Of a stretch of DNA of 57,205 nucleotides, positions 55,936 through 57,205 are shown piece after piece. Position 1 is the first letter of the stretch, and each line of letters begins with the position of its first letter. The translations under genes and the position numbers were made by a program. Source of the stretch: a bacterium (GTDB taxonomy: Bacteria > UBP15 > UBA6099 > JAJRTR01); contig JAJRTR010000165.1 in assembly GCA_024278215.1 (NCBI GenBank), positions 1 to 57,205 of the forward strand. Direction: 5' to 3'. The notes beneath the pieces were generated by a model. That model did no database searches. It was not told where the DNA came from and saw nothing but the letters and a program-made list of their open reading frames with translations.

Positions 55936-57205
55936 TCAGAAAAGCTCGTCGAGATTCTCAAATACTTTCGTCACTGCCGCCGCATAGTATTTCATTACCT
56001 CGATGTCCTGCGCGATTATCGGGTACGAATGCGAACCAAGCACGAGAGAGTTGTCGAGTAGTTCCACGGCGCGCGCGAAATCGGCAGGAGCTGTTTTTTC
56101 CGCGGGCTCGTCGCGAAGCGGGCAGTTCCACGGGCAGCCTTTGCCGTAGCCGACGTGATCCCTGAAATTCCGCTGGAGCGGCAGCGGAAGTGTTTCCCAC
56201 AGGCACGCCTCGACACCCTCGGCCTGTATGGCCTCGAGAACTTTGTCGCGAAACCCGGTCGGCGGCACATCGACACCCGCCGCCTTAGGGTCGAGCCGCA
56301 GCCTGTATTTATGGTATACGGTTTTGTTGCCTTCGGCGATGTGCGGCGGGATCAGGCCGGGGATGTCATCAAAGATGGATGTCAGGTATTCGGCATTGTT
56401 GCGCGCGTTGTCGTTGTTGGCTTCGAGGCGTTTGAGTTGCGACCTCGTGAGCGCCGCGGGGAGTTCGCCCGGCAGATACTGCCGGCCCATGAGTATCGAC
56501 TCGAAGCCGCGGTTGCGGTCTATCGGCCACTTGAGATCAATGAGTGCTTCATCGTCGAAAGAAGCGTCCTGCCCGAAAAGGCGTATCTTATTGGCAACAT
56601 CAGCGAGCCGGTCGTCGCCGGTAACGAAGAAGCCGCCTTCGCCGGAAGGCAGGTTTTTGCTCGCCTGCACACTGAATATCGCAGCGTCGCCCATCGTGCC
56701 CGCCATGCGTCCCTTATATTTCGCCCCGTGCGCCTGTGCCGCATCCTCGAACACCAGCAATTCGTGCGCTTCCGCGATCTCGAGTATCGGGTCCATGTCG
56801 GCGCACTGCCCATGAAGATGCACCGGGATAATCGCCCTTGTGCGCTTATTGATTTTCGCTTCGATCTTCGCGGGATCAATATTGAATGTCTTCAGGTCGA
56901 TGTCGACAAACACAGGCACGGCGTTCTGGTCCATCACCGCGAGCGCCGTGGCGAGAAAAGTAAACGAAGGCAGGATCACCTCGTCGCCGGGACCGATGCC
57001 GGCCGCCGCGACAGCGAGATGCAGTGCCGCCGTGCCGCTACTCACCATCAGGCAGTGCTTCACGCCCACGAAATCGCCGAACTCGACCTCCGCGCCACGC
57101 AGCTGCGGCCCGTAGGGGCCGGTAAAAATACCCGAATCCAGACATTCGAGCACCATCTTTCTGTCTTCGTCCGTCACCTTCGGCCATACGGTATGTATCC
57201 CCTCA
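55936..57205 (-). CDS. DegT/DnrJ/EryC1/StrS aminotransferase (start lies beyond the window)
   Basis: SSGTAALH, PVHLHG, EDAAQAHGA, FSVQASKNL..GEGG; the frame stays open to the right edge. Confidence 0.92.
   Translation of the reverse strand, partial: EGIHTVWPKVTDEDRKMVLECLDSGIFTGPYGPQLRGAEVEFGDFVGVKHCLMVSSGTAALHLAVAAAGIGPGDEVILPSFTFLATALAVMDQNAVPVFVDIDLKTFNIDPAKIEAKINKRTRAIIPVHLHGQCADMDPILEIAEAHELLVFEDAAQAHGAKYKGRMAGTMGDAAIFSVQASKNLPSGEGGFFVTGDDRLADVANKIRLFGQDASFDDEALIDLKWPIDRNRGFESILMGRQYLPGELPAALTRSQLKRLEANNDNARNNAEYLTSIFDDIPGLIPPHIAEGNKTVYHKYRLRLDPKAAGVDVPPTGFRDKVLEAIQAEGVEACLWETLPLPLQRNFRDHVGYGKGCPWNCPLRDEPAEKTAPADFARAVELLDNSLVLGSHSYPIIAQDIEVMKYYAAAVTKVFENLDELF

Noticed and set aside
1-57205. 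CRISPR array or cas genes
   Set aside because: The repeats are dispersed rather than tandem with unique spacers, and no Cas-like ORF was seen.

Overview
This is a 57 kb stretch of core and envelope genes from what appears to be a diderm bacterium of unclear lineage. It combines Firmicute-like synteny (pdxS-pdxT-yaaR-holB-yaaT) with outer-membrane genes (a FecR-TPR-TonB-type barrel and a LolA-like protein). Recognisable genes include a TPP-riboswitch-controlled thiamine operon (ThiD2-like, thiS, partial thiC), a GT2/methyltransferase/GT-C surface-glycan cluster, tRNA-Arg(UCG), a GH2, a Wzz-like protein, an FGGY kinase, trpF, a PilGHI-like ABC system, a ManC-PMM fusion, DUF58/BatA, rocD, a frameshifted trpS, an 880-aa flagellin, a FitAB/VapBC pair with its operator, ApbE and a DegT aminotransferase. 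I found no transposase, integrase or CRISPR array. The intergenic DNA nonetheless carries many non-autonomous elements. The main one is a ~178-bp MITE family (about 9 copies or relics) with 17-bp TIRs, 4-bp target duplications and a covarying full-length hairpin. Others are a 112-bp IS231-like mini-element nested in a second repeat whose empty allele is also in the window, a 29-bp TA-bounded palindrome that supplies stop codons, and a GGAG-type REP doublet. The most unusual proteins are a standalone N-x-G-x-x pentapeptide-repeat protein, the flagellin with two homologous nested inserts, and the apparently plug-less FecR-TPR-barrel protein. All calls come from reading the sequence by eye; no database searches were run.
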